Shown piece after piece: positions 8,689 through 16,416 of a stretch of DNA of 32,000 nucleotides. The notes below the pieces were generated by a model, which saw nothing but the letters and a program-made list of their open reading frames with translations, was not told where the DNA came from and did no database searches. A program made the position numbers and the translations under genes. The DNA comes from Paracoccus suum (GTDB lineage: Bacteria; Pseudomonadota; Alphaproteobacteria; Rhodobacterales; Rhodobacteraceae). The stretch is taken from positions 1,920,001 through 1,952,000 of the forward strand of contig NZ_CP030918.1 in assembly GCF_003324675.1 (NCBI RefSeq). The letters run 5' to 3'. How positions within the stretch are numbered: position 1 is the first letter of the stretch; each line of letters begins with the position of its first letter.

Positions 8689-8719
8689 TGTGATCACGCC
8701 TTTGGCGCCTGTGATCACA
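8689..8719. promoter_or_regulatory. twin palindromic boxes TGTGATCAC / TGTGATCACA upstream of sdhC
   Basis: Copies at 8689-8697 and 8710-8719, with starts 21 nt apart. The GTGATCAC core is self-complementary. They lie in the 192-nt spacer between the DUF1737 stop and the sdhC start. Confidence 0.3.
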
Positions 8720-8857
8720 TCCCCGCCTCGTTTGCGCTAGCGGGCAGAAAGTGACGTGACCTTCCCGCCTCAAGCGCGTAGAGAGCGGCGCAGAATACCA
8801 AAAGGGGTCGCGCCTTGCGCAAGGGCCGCCCCCGGCGTCCGATGAGGGGAGGGCACC

Positions 8858-9250
8858 TTGGCCGAGATCAGGTTCCAACGCGGCGAGCGCCCGCTGTCGC
8901 CGCATCTGCAGGTCTACCGCCTGCCGCTTACCGCCATCACCTCGATCCTGACCCGCATCACAGGCCAGGGGATGCTGCCCGGTCTGCTGCTGATCGTCTG
9001 GTGGCTGGTCGCCGCGGTCACCTCGCCCGACGCCTTTGCAACCGCCGACTGGGCACTGCGCAGCTGGCTCGGCTCGCTCGTCATGATCGGGACCATGTGG
9101 GCGCTGTTTTACCACCTGCTCGCGGGGCTGCGGCACCTCTACTACGACTCTGGTCGCGGGATGGAGATCGACACCGGTCGCAACCTGTCGATCGCCGTGC
9201 TGGTCGGATCAGCGATCCTGACCGTCCTGACCCTCGTGGTCATGGCCTGA
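8858..9250 (+). CDS. sdhC: succinate dehydrogenase cytochrome b556 subunit
   Basis: 130 aa. RPLSPHLQVYRLPLTAITSILTRITG is the SdhC signature. Three TM helices. TTG start with GAGGGGAGGG SD. Confidence 0.9.
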   Translation: MAEIRFQRGERPLSPHLQVYRLPLTAITSILTRITGQGMLPGLLLIVWWLVAAVTSPDAFATADWALRSWLGSLVMIGTMWALFYHLLAGLRHLYYDSGRGMEIDTGRNLSIAVLVGSAILTVLTLVVMA

Positions 9251-9263
9251 GGAGGCACCCATC

Positions 9264-9686
9264 ATGAGCGAACGCAAGAACGACGCCGCCCTGCCGACGC
9301 AGCATTTCTACACCCCGCGCAAGGCGGCCGAGGGCCTCGGCTCCGCCCGCTCTGGCACGGCCGCACATTGGGCAATGACCGTCAGTGCGGTTGCCTTAGC
9401 GATCCTGACGCCGCTGGTCATCGGGTTGACCGGCTCGGCCATCGGCCTGGAGCAGCCAGACGTGATCGGCCTGATCGGCCGCCCCGGCCCGGCGATCCTG
9501 CTGGGGCTGTTCATTGTCGTGGGCATGATTCACTGGATTCGCGGCACGCGGATCCTGATCGACGACTACATGCGCGGGCTGGCCCGTACCTGGACGCTGA
9601 TCGCCGTCCAGATCGTTGGCTGGGCGGTCATGGCGGCGGGCATCTACGCCCTGGCGCGGATGGCCCTGATCGGCATCGTCGTCTGA
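9264..9686 (+). CDS. sdhD: succinate dehydrogenase hydrophobic membrane anchor subunit
   Basis: 140 aa. Position between sdhC and sdhA, three TM segments, and an AHWAMTVSAVAL motif typical of alphaproteobacterial SdhD. Confidence 0.85.
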   Translation: MSERKNDAALPTQHFYTPRKAAEGLGSARSGTAAHWAMTVSAVALAILTPLVIGLTGSAIGLEQPDVIGLIGRPGPAILLGLFIVVGMIHWIRGTRILIDDYMRGLARTWTLIAVQIVGWAVMAAGIYALARMALIGIVV

Positions 9687-9719
9687 CAAAGACCGCCTGA
9701 ACATCCAAGGAGGCGAGCG

Positions 9720-11525
9720 TTGAGCGCAGCATATCCCTTTGAGACGCACGAATATGACGTCGTCGTGGTCGGCGCCGGCGGGGCCGGCCTGCGGGCCGCC
9801 CTCGGCATGGCCGAGCAGGGCCTGCGCACCGCTTGCGTGACCAAGGTCTTTCCGACCCGCAGCCATACCGTCGCGGCACAGGGTGGCATCGCCGCCAGCC
9901 TGTCCAACATGGGCCCCGACAACTGGCAGTGGCACATGTATGACACCGTCAAGGGCAGCGACTGGCTGGGCGACACCGACGCCATGGAATACCTCGCCCG
10001 CGAGGCGCCGCAGGCGGTCTATGAGTTGGAACATTACGGCGTGCCCTTCAGCCGCACGGCCGATGGCCGCATTTACCAGCGGCCCTTCGGCGGCCACACC
10101 ACCGAGTTCGGCGAGGGCCCGCCCGTCCAGCGCACTTGTGCCGCCGCCGACCGGACCGGCCACGCCATCCTGCACACGCTCTACGGCCAGGCGCTGAAGC
10201 AGAAGGCGCAGTTCTTCATCGAATATTTCGCGCTCGACCTGATCATAACCGACGGCGCCTGCACCGGCGTCGTGTGCTGGAAGCTCGACGACGGCACGCT
10301 GCATGTGTTCAACGCCAAGATGGTCGTGCTGGCCACCGGCGGCTACGGCCGGGCCTATTTCAGCGCCACAAGCGCGCATACCTGCACCGGGGACGGAGGC
10401 GGGATGGCGGCACGCGCCGGTCTGCCGCTGCAGGACATGGAGTTCGTGCAGTTCCACCCGACCGGGATCTATGGCTCGGGCTGCCTCATCACCGAGGGGG
10501 CACGGGGCGAGGGCGGCTACCTGACCAACTCGGAAGGCGAGCGGTTCATGGAACGCTACGCGCCGACCTACAAAGACCTCGCCAGCCGGGACGTCGTCAG
10601 CCGCTGCATGACGCTGGAGATCCGCGAGGGTCGCGGCGTCGGCGATCACAAGGACCACATCTTCCTGCACCTGTCGCACCTGCCGCCCGAGACGCTACAC
10701 GAGCGCCTGCCCGGCATCAGCGAAAGCGCCAAGATCTTTGCCGGGGTCGATCTGACCCGCGAGCCGATCCCGGTCCTGCCGACAGTGCATTACAACATGG
10801 GCGGAATTCCCACGAACTTCTGGGGCGAAGTCCTTGATCCGACGCAGGATAACCCTGACCGCGTGTTCCCCGGCCTGATGGCGGTGGGCGAGGCGGGCTG
10901 CGCGTCGGTCCACGGCGCTAACCGCCTCGGCTCGAACAGCCTGATCGACCTGGTGGTCTTTGGCCGGGCTGCTGCGATCCAGGCGGGCAAGGTGATCGAC
11001 CGCAAGACCCCCGTGCCGCCGACCAACACCGCCGAGGTGGACAAGATCCTCGGTCGGTTCGACGCGCTGCGTCATGCAAGCGGCGCCATCCCCACCGCCC
11101 AGCTGCGCGGCGAGATGCAGCGTACCATGCAGGCCGATGCGGCGGTTTTCCGCACCGACAAGACCCTGGCCGAAGGGGTGGACAAGATGGAGGCGATCGC
11201 CGCCAAGATGTCCGACCTGCATGTCACCGACCGGTCGCTGATCTGGAACACCGACCTGATGGAGACACTGGAGCTGACGAATCTGATGCCGAACGCCCTG
11301 ACGACCATCGTCGCGGCCGAGGCGCGCAAGGAAAGCCGTGGCGCCCATGCGCACGAGGACTGGCCCGAACGCGATGATGTCAACTGGCGCAAGCATTCTC
11401 TGGCGCGGGTCGATGGAACCGGCGTAACGTTGAGCTATCGCCCCGTGCATCTGGAACCGCTCACCACGGTCGAGGAAGGCGGGATCGACCTGAAGAAGAT
11501 TGCTCCCAAAGCGAGGGTATATTAA
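9720..11525 (+). CDS. sdhA: succinate dehydrogenase flavoprotein subunit
   Basis: 601 aa. [19 protein letters not shown] fold, covalent-FAD histidine context [30 protein letters not shown], and [14 protein letters not shown] start with AAGGAGG SD. Confidence 0.97.
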   Translation: MSAAYPFETHEYDVVVVGAGGAGLRAALGMAEQGLRTACVTKVFPTRSHTVAAQGGIAASLSNMGPDNWQWHMYDTVKGSDWLGDTDAMEYLAREAPQAVYELEHYGVPFSRTADGRIYQRPFGGHTTEFGEGPPVQRTCAAADRTGHAILHTLYGQALKQKAQFFIEYFALDLIITDGACTGVVCWKLDDGTLHVFNAKMVVLATGGYGRAYFSATSAHTCTGDGGGMAARAGLPLQDMEFVQFHPTGIYGSGCLITEGARGEGGYLTNSEGERFMERYAPTYKDLASRDVVSRCMTLEIREGRGVGDHKDHIFLHLSHLPPETLHERLPGISESAKIFAGVDLTREPIPVLPTVHYNMGGIPTNFWGEVLDPTQDNPDRVFPGLMAVGEAGCASVHGANRLGSNSLIDLVVFGRAAAIQAGKVIDRKTPVPPTNTAEVDKILGRFDALRHASGAIPTAQLRGEMQRTMQADAAVFRTDKTLAEGVDKMEAIAAKMSDLHVTDRSLIWNTDLMETLELTNLMPNALTTIVAAEARKESRGAHAHEDWPERDDVNWRKHSLARVDGTGVTLSYRPVHLEPLTTVEEGGIDLKKIAPKARVY

Positions 11526-11893
11526 TGCGTTCCGTTCTGATCCTGTCCGCTGCTGCACTGTCGCTCGCCGGCTGCGCGGTGGTCCCGGTGCAACCCGCCC
11601 CAGCCCCGGTCGCGCCGCCGGTCGTCGTTGCCCCGACCCCCACCGCGCCCTCCACAGTGGGCAGCGCCACCCGCGCCGCCGCCGTATCGGTGGTGAACCG
11701 CGAGATGGCGGCCCGCCTGCCGGGTGTGAACGTCATGCCCTACACCAGCTGCGTGGTGAACAACGCGACGCAGGCCGAGCTTGCGGACCTGGCGAGCTCC
11801 GGCGCCAGCGGCGGTGCGGCCGGCGCGGTCGCATCGATCGTCAAGCGCCCCGCAGCCAGCAGCTGCATCGCCGCCTTGTCGCGGACCGCCTGA
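11525..11893 (+). CDS. putative lipoprotein, hypothetical (embedded in sdh operon)
   Basis: 122 aa. Signal peptide plus lipobox (LSLAGC). Its ATG overlaps the sdhA stop (TAATG at 11523-11527). Pro/Ala-rich linker, then a ~75-aa Cys-containing region. Confidence 0.65.
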   Translation: MRSVLILSAAALSLAGCAVVPVQPAPAPVAPPVVVAPTPTAPSTVGSATRAAAVSVVNREMAARLPGVNVMPYTSCVVNNATQAELADLASSGASGGAAGAVASIVKRPAASSCIAALSRTA

Positions 11894-11895
11894 CC

Positions 11896-12213
11896 TTGCG
11901 CGCCGCCCCCGGCATCCTGGTCCTGACCCTCGCCGCAGCGGTGCTGGCGGGGTGCGGCCCGGTGCCGGTGGCGGATGCCGAGCGCACCTGCCTTGGCGAT
12001 GCGCGCGCCGCCCGCGGGCCGCAAAGCAGCGTCTCGGTGGGCGTGGCTGGCGACCGGCATGGGGTCCATCCCGTTGCCGGGGTGTCCCTTTCGATCTCGT
12101 CCGATGCGATTGCCGGGCGTGATCCATCCGATGTCTTTACGCGCTGCGTGATGCGCCGCTCGGGGCAGATGCCGACCCGGCCGCTGACCTCGCAACCCGG
12201 CTGGGCCGGGTGA
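11896..12213 (+). CDS. putative second lipoprotein, hypothetical (embedded in sdh operon)
   Basis: TTG at 11896, 2 nt after the previous stop, gives (M)RAAPGILVLTLAAAVLAGC..., a lipobox LAGC. Codon position 3 is almost entirely G/C across the 105 codons. The start codon is inferred. Confidence 0.5.
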   Translation: MRAAPGILVLTLAAAVLAGCGPVPVADAERTCLGDARAARGPQSSVSVGVAGDRHGVHPVAGVSLSISSDAIAGRDPSDVFTRCVMRRSGQMPTRPLTSQPGWAG

Positions 12214-12380
12214 TCGGATGCAGATGCTTGGAGCCCTGAGCGCGTCCCGCCGGCGCCACACGCCTGAGTTTTCGTTGACGAACGCGCGCTTGCCGTCTGC
12301 TTTCGCGGCGCGCTTCGGCATTACGCACTCGCCTCTTTCTGCCTGTCAGCCGACAGACACGCCCTGAAAAGGAGCCCTCC

Positions 12381-13160
12381 ATGGTCCAGTTCCGCCTGCC
12401 CAAGAACAGCCAGATCAAGGTTGGAAAGACCTGGCCCGCCCCCGAGGGCGCGACCCGGCTGCGCAAGTTCAAGATCTATCGCTTCGAACCTGACAGCGGG
12501 GAAAACCCGCGTCTGGACACCTATTTCATCGATCTCGACAAATGCGGTCCGATGGTCCTTGACGCGCTGATCAAGATCAAGACCGAGATCGACCCGACGC
12601 TGACCTTTCGCCGCTCGTGCCGCGAGGGGATTTGCGGGTCCTGCGCGATGGTGATCGACGGCGGCAACCACCTCGCCTGCATCTACGGCATCGACGAGGT
12701 GCCGGGCGATGTCGCGATCTATCCGCTACCGCACATGCCGGTCATCAAGGACCTGGTCGCGGACCTGACCATGTTCTACGCCCAGCACGCCTATGTGCAG
12801 CCTTGGCTGGAGACCGAGACGCCGCCCCCGCACAAGGAATGGCTGCAGTCGGTCGAGGACCGCAAGAAGCTGGACGGGCTTTACGAGTGCATTCTGTGCG
12901 CCTGCTGCTCGACCTCTTGCCCCAGCTACTGGTGGAACGGTGATCGCTTCCTCGGGCCGGCGGCCCTGTTGACGGCGTATCGCTGGATCTCGGATTCGCG
13001 CGACGAGGCGACCGGCGAGCGGCTGGACGATCTGGAGGATCCGTTCAAGCTGTATCGTTGCCACACGATTATGAACTGCACCAACACCTGTCCCAAGGGG
13101 CTGAACCCGGCCAAGGCCATCGCCTCGATCAAGCACATGATGGTCGAACGCAGCCACTGA
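12381..13160 (+). CDS. sdhB: succinate dehydrogenase iron-sulfur subunit
   Basis: 259 aa. [12 protein letters not shown] (2Fe-2S), [16 protein letters not shown] (4Fe-4S) and [17 protein letters not shown] (3Fe-4S) motifs. AAAAGGAG SD. Confidence 0.97.
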   Translation: MVQFRLPKNSQIKVGKTWPAPEGATRLRKFKIYRFEPDSGENPRLDTYFIDLDKCGPMVLDALIKIKTEIDPTLTFRRSCREGICGSCAMVIDGGNHLACIYGIDEVPGDVAIYPLPHMPVIKDLVADLTMFYAQHAYVQPWLETETPPPHKEWLQSVEDRKKLDGLYECILCACCSTSCPSYWWNGDRFLGPAALLTAYRWISDSRDEATGERLDDLEDPFKLYRCHTIMNCTNTCPKGLNPAKAIASIKHMMVERSH

Positions 13161-13217
13161 CCGGACCGGCAGAATGACGCAGCGTGGCCAGACCGCGCGG
13201 CGTTTGCATGTCGTGAC

Positions 13218-13265
13218 GCTGCGTTGCAGCACCTGTATTCTGCGACGCAGCATATTATGTTGTCC
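13218..13265 (+). terminator. probable sdh operon terminator hairpin with U-rich tail (part of an alternative-pairing element)
   Basis: GCTGCGTTGCAG (13218-13229) pairs with CTGCGACGCAGC (13240-13251): 12 bp with one G-U and a 10-nt loop. Followed by ATATTATGTTGT. Confidence 0.5.
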
Positions 13266-13302
13266 TCGGGAGGAGACGATAACATCGCAACTGCAGGAGG
13301 CC

Positions 13303-13461
13303 ATGATGGCCAGTGCTACCCCGTTCAACCGCCCCGCCGCCCCGAAGTCGCATGCCGAGCGCGGCCTCGCCGTTCTGGCCGAGATGTTCGCCTATTACGA
13401 GCCACAGCCTCTGCCCGCCTCCGCGCTTGAGCCCCAGCCCGAATACGATCTGGTGGCCTGA
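13303..13461 (+). CDS. small hypothetical protein (52 aa)
   Basis: ATG 13303 is preceded by GCAGGAGG SD. G/C-rich codon position 3. No family recognised. Confidence 0.4.
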   Translation: MMASATPFNRPAAPKSHAERGLAVLAEMFAYYEPQPLPASALEPQPEYDLVA

Positions 13462-13501
13462 AGGGCTTTTCAAACGAACGCCGGCATGGTGATCTGACGC
13501 C

Positions 13502-14365
13502 ATGCCAGATTCCGCCCCCCCTTCCACCGCCCCTGCCGACGCCCAGCAGCGCCGGCAGATCCCGCCGGTGCTGGTCTATCCGTCACAAACGCTGCCGGAC
13601 CCGGATCTCGCCCAGCTGCACGCTGCCCGTGACGGCGCCGTCAAAGTCAGCGAATTGCGGGTGCCGCCGCGTGACGGGCGCTGCTGGGATCTAGCGGCCG
13701 GTCAGTTCGTGCGCATCTCCTCCATCGAGGGGCCGCAGGTCGGGGACCTGAACCTCTGGGCCAAGGACGACCTGACGGAGCGTTTCTTTTCCGGCAAGAC
13801 CCGGGCGCTGCATGGCACCCATGTCAAGGTTGGCGACCGGCTTTGGTCAACGCTGCCGCATCTGCGGGCGATGGCGACGATCACCGCAGATTCGCTCGGC
13901 TGGTATGGCACCGATCCTGATGGTGGACGCGTGCATGACGTGATCGGCACCCGCTGCGATCCCTACACCCAGCATCTACTGGGCGGCGGGGATTACCATC
14001 ACTGCTGCCACTCAAACCTGACCAATGCCATGGCCCGCCACCTCGGCAAGCGGCCGGCGGAAGTCGAGTTGCTGGTCCATGACGTCCTGAACCTCTTCAT
14101 GTGCACCGGCTTCACTGCCGATACCGGCCAATATTTCATGAAGGCGAGCCCGGTCCGTCCCGGCGACTATCTGGAGTTCTTTGCCGAGATCGACCTGATC
14201 GCCGGCCTGTCAGCCTGTCCGGGCGGCGATTGCAGCACCGGCCATTCCTCGGACGCGGCGGCCTGCTATCCGCTGCTGGTCGAGGTGTTCCAGCCGGCTG
14301 ATCCGCCTATCCGCGAGGTGCCCCGCGGCGACGGCTACAACTGGCCGGCATCCTCAGCCAGCTGA
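13502..14365 (+). CDS. DUF1989-like protein (urea carboxylase-associated protein family)
   Basis: 287 aa. The core GQFVRISSIEGPQVGDLNLWAKDD...FFSGKTRALHGTHVKVGDRLWS resembles DUF1989 as I recall it. No clear SD. Confidence 0.6.
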   Translation: MPDSAPPSTAPADAQQRRQIPPVLVYPSQTLPDPDLAQLHAARDGAVKVSELRVPPRDGRCWDLAAGQFVRISSIEGPQVGDLNLWAKDDLTERFFSGKTRALHGTHVKVGDRLWSTLPHLRAMATITADSLGWYGTDPDGGRVHDVIGTRCDPYTQHLLGGGDYHHCCHSNLTNAMARHLGKRPAEVELLVHDVLNLFMCTGFTADTGQYFMKASPVRPGDYLEFFAEIDLIAGLSACPGGDCSTGHSSDAAACYPLLVEVFQPADPPIREVPRGDGYNWPASSAS

Positions 14366-14670
14366 CACGCCAGAAACCGCTCGAAATCGTCCAAGTCCAG
14401 CGGGTCGATCTGGCCAAAGCCGCGCATCCAGACGCTGGCCGCGCGCATCGCCTCAGGCTCCAGCTTGCACCAAGTGATGCGGCCCCGACGCTCCTGCGCG
14501 ATCAGGCCGGCCGCGGCGAGAACCGCCAGATGCTTGCTGATCGCCGCCAGCGAGACGGCGAAGGGCGCCGCGACATCGCTGACCGCCATGTCGTCTTCCA
14601 GCAGCATCGACAGGATCGCCCGCCGTGTCGGATCGGCAAGCGCGGCAAAGATCGCGTCCAGATCACTCAC
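14335..14670 (-). CDS. ArsR/SmtB-family transcriptional regulator
   Basis: 111 aa. FAALADPTRRAILSMLLEDDMAVSDVAAPFAVSLAAISKHLAVLAAAGLI is the winged-HTH signature of the family. Its 3' end overlaps the DUF1989 3' end by 31 nt (convergent). Confidence 0.85.
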   Translation of the reverse strand: MSDLDAIFAALADPTRRAILSMLLEDDMAVSDVAAPFAVSLAAISKHLAVLAAAGLIAQERRGRITWCKLEPEAMRAASVWMRGFGQIDPLDLDDFERFLACQLAEDAGQL

Positions 14671-14687
14671 GAAGGGGCCGCCTTTCG

Positions 14688-14711
14688 ATATTCAACTGCG
14701 CGGTTGACTAT
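14688..14711. promoter_or_regulatory. inverted repeat ATATTCAAC-N6-GTTGACTAT, candidate ArsR-type operator
   Basis: 8 of 9 positions are complementary. It begins 18 nt upstream of the arsR-like start codon, in the divergent spacer shared with atpI. Confidence 0.35.
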
Positions 14712-14775
14712 GCCTCGCGCGCGCCATCCGATGCAACAATCGGAAATCTACGCTATTTCAATAATTTACACCTGC

Positions 14776-14804
14776 TTGACACCAGGCACCCCGGCCCATA
14801 TCAG
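14776..14804 (+). promoter_or_regulatory. candidate sigma70-type promoter of the atp F0 operon
   Basis: TTGACA (14776-14781), 17-nt spacer, TATCAG (14799-14804). An unusually AT-rich stretch (AAATCTACGCTATTTCAATAATTTACA) lies immediately upstream, like an UP element. Confidence 0.35.
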
Positions 14805-14832
14805 ACCGCCAACCACCGGCAAGAGGATCAGC

Positions 14833-15240
14833 GTGCCAAGCGAGGCCGAAACCGACGCCCAGCGGCAGCAAGACGCCGCGCGGCTCGCGGCGCTCGAGGT
14901 AAAGCTGGATGCCCGCCGGACCGCCGCGCCTTCAACCGCCGGCGCGTTGGGAAAGAGTTTCGATCACGCCAATCAGGCGTGGCGCATGGTGATCGAGCTG
15001 GTGGCCGGGATTGTCCTCGGCTTTGGCATCGGTCTTGGCCTCGACTGGCTGTTCGGGACGCGCCCGATCCTGCTGGTTCTGTTCACCCTCGCCGGGTTCG
15101 CGGCAGGCGTAAAGACGATGATGCGCACCGCGCGCGAGATGGCGGACGCGAACCCGCCACCCGCAGCAGCCGCGGGCAGGACTGACACCACGGGCGGCCG
15201 CGCCGCCGATGATGACGACGACGAGGACGAGGCACACTGA
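14833..15240 (+). CDS. atpI: ATP synthase protein I (AtpI/AtpZ-like)
   Basis: GTG 14833 with AAGAGGA SD. Two TM helices ([40 protein letters not shown]). Its stop overlaps the atpB start (TGATG). Acidic tail DDDDDEDE. The start is inferred. Confidence 0.7.
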   Translation: MPSEAETDAQRQQDAARLAALEVKLDARRTAAPSTAGALGKSFDHANQAWRMVIELVAGIVLGFGIGLGLDWLFGTRPILLVLFTLAGFAAGVKTMMRTAREMADANPPPAAAAGRTDTTGGRAADDDDDEDEAH

Positions 15241-16037
15241 TGGCGACCGAAGCGCATGGCGAGACGACCGGGCTGGTGTTCCACCCGATGGACCAGTTCA
15301 TCGTCGAACCGCTGTTCCGCACCGTAGAGCCGGGCACCTGCGTTCCCGCAGAGGGCCTGACCGCGGGTTGCGTCCGGTGGTACGAGCCGACCAATGCCAC
15401 GCTGTGGATGGGCCTCGTGGCGCTTGCGATCATCGCACTGATGGTCTGGGGCACCCGTGGCCGCGGCCTGATTCCGAACCGCATCCAGTCGATCGCCGAG
15501 CTGACCTACGGCATGGTCCACAAGATGGTCGAGGACGTCGCCGGCCACGAAGGCGTCAAGTATTTCCCCTATATCATGACGCTGTTCACCTTTGTGCTGT
15601 TCGCCAACTTCCTCGGGCTGATCCCGATGTCGTTCTCGACCACCTCGCATATCGCGGTGACGGCGGTGCTGGCGCTGCTGGTGTTCCTTGGCGTCACGAT
15701 CCTCGGCTTCGTCAAGAACGGCGCCAGCTTCCTCGGCCTCTTCTGGGTCAGCTCGGCGCCGCTGGCGCTGCGCCCGATCCTCGCGATCATCGAACTGATC
15801 TCGTACTTTGTCCGTCCTGTCAGCCACTCCATCCGACTTGCCGGCAACGTCATGGCCGGTCACGCCGTGATCAAGGTGTTCGCCGGCTTTGCCGCGCTCG
15901 CCGCCATCGCCCCGATCTCGATCGTCGCGATTACCGCGATGTACGGCCTCGAGGTGCTGGTCGCACTGATCCAGGCCTATGTCTTTACCATCCTGACGTG
16001 CGTCTACCTCAAGGACGCGCTGCACCCGTCGCACTGA
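15240..16037 (+). CDS. atpB: F0F1 ATP synthase subunit a
   Basis: 265 aa. Multiple TM helices, with the essential-Arg region [14 protein letters not shown] and [13 protein letters not shown]. Confidence 0.95.
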   Translation: MATEAHGETTGLVFHPMDQFIVEPLFRTVEPGTCVPAEGLTAGCVRWYEPTNATLWMGLVALAIIALMVWGTRGRGLIPNRIQSIAELTYGMVHKMVEDVAGHEGVKYFPYIMTLFTFVLFANFLGLIPMSFSTTSHIAVTAVLALLVFLGVTILGFVKNGASFLGLFWVSSAPLALRPILAIIELISYFVRPVSHSIRLAGNVMAGHAVIKVFAGFAALAAIAPISIVAITAMYGLEVLVALIQAYVFTILTCVYLKDALHPSH

Positions 16038-16077
16038 CGGAACAATCCTCTTTCCATCGCCTCAAGGAGCAGAAACC

Positions 16078-16317
16078 ATGGAAAACGTCGCCGTAGCCCA
16101 GCTGGGTCAGTATCTGGGTGCGGGCCTTGCCTGCATCGGCATGGCCGGCGCCGCGATCGGTGTGGGCAATGTCGCCGGCAACTACCTGTCGGGCGCGCTG
16201 CGCAACCCGTCGGCTGCCGCTTCGCAGACCGCCACGCTGTTCATCGGCATGGCCTTCGCAGAAGCCCTCGGGATCTTCTCGTTCCTGGTCGCGCTGCTTC
16301 TGCTGTTCGCGGTCTGA
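16078..16317 (+). CDS. atpE: F0F1 ATP synthase subunit c
   Basis: 79 aa hairpin protein. [12 protein letters not shown] glycine motif, polar loop RNPSAA, and carboxylate helix [23 protein letters not shown]. Confidence 0.95.
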   Translation: MENVAVAQLGQYLGAGLACIGMAGAAIGVGNVAGNYLSGALRNPSAAASQTATLFIGMAFAEALGIFSFLVALLLLFAV

Positions 16318-16343
16318 TAACCGCCTGCATCTCGCCTTTCGGT

Positions 16344-16380
16344 CGGGCGGGGGCAGGGGGATAACCCCGGCCTCCGCCCG
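16344..16380 (+). other. very stable GC-rich stem-loop between atpE and atpF'
   Basis: CGGGCGGGGGC (16344-16354) pairs with GCCTCCGCCCG (16370-16380). An inner GGGG/CCCC stem sits around an ATAA-containing loop. There is no U tract after it. Confidence 0.5.
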
Positions 16381-16416
16381 CCGAGCATTTCCAGCGACGA
16401 CGCTCAGGGACAGGAC

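Noticed and set aside
9396-10679. 427-aa ORF antisense to sdhA
   Set aside because: Same reasoning. sdhA on the plus strand is unambiguous, and the antisense product is low-complexity and Arg/Ala/Gly-rich.
11500-11895. Upstream part of the 237-aa ORF 11500-12213
   Set aside because: It overlaps the sdhA end and lipoprotein gene 1 out of frame and is Arg-rich. Only the portion from TTG 11896 has a signal peptide, a lipobox and coding bias.
13174-13302. Upstream extension (95-aa version) of the small ORF, starting at ATG 13174
   Set aside because: There is no SD. The extension coincides with the alternative-hairpin RNA element and encodes an Arg/Cys-rich stretch. ATG 13303 has a strong SD.
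14973-16034. 353-aa ORF antisense to atpI/atpB
   Set aside because: It is a shadow of atpB. The product is an Arg/Asp/Gly-rich nonsense-like sequence.
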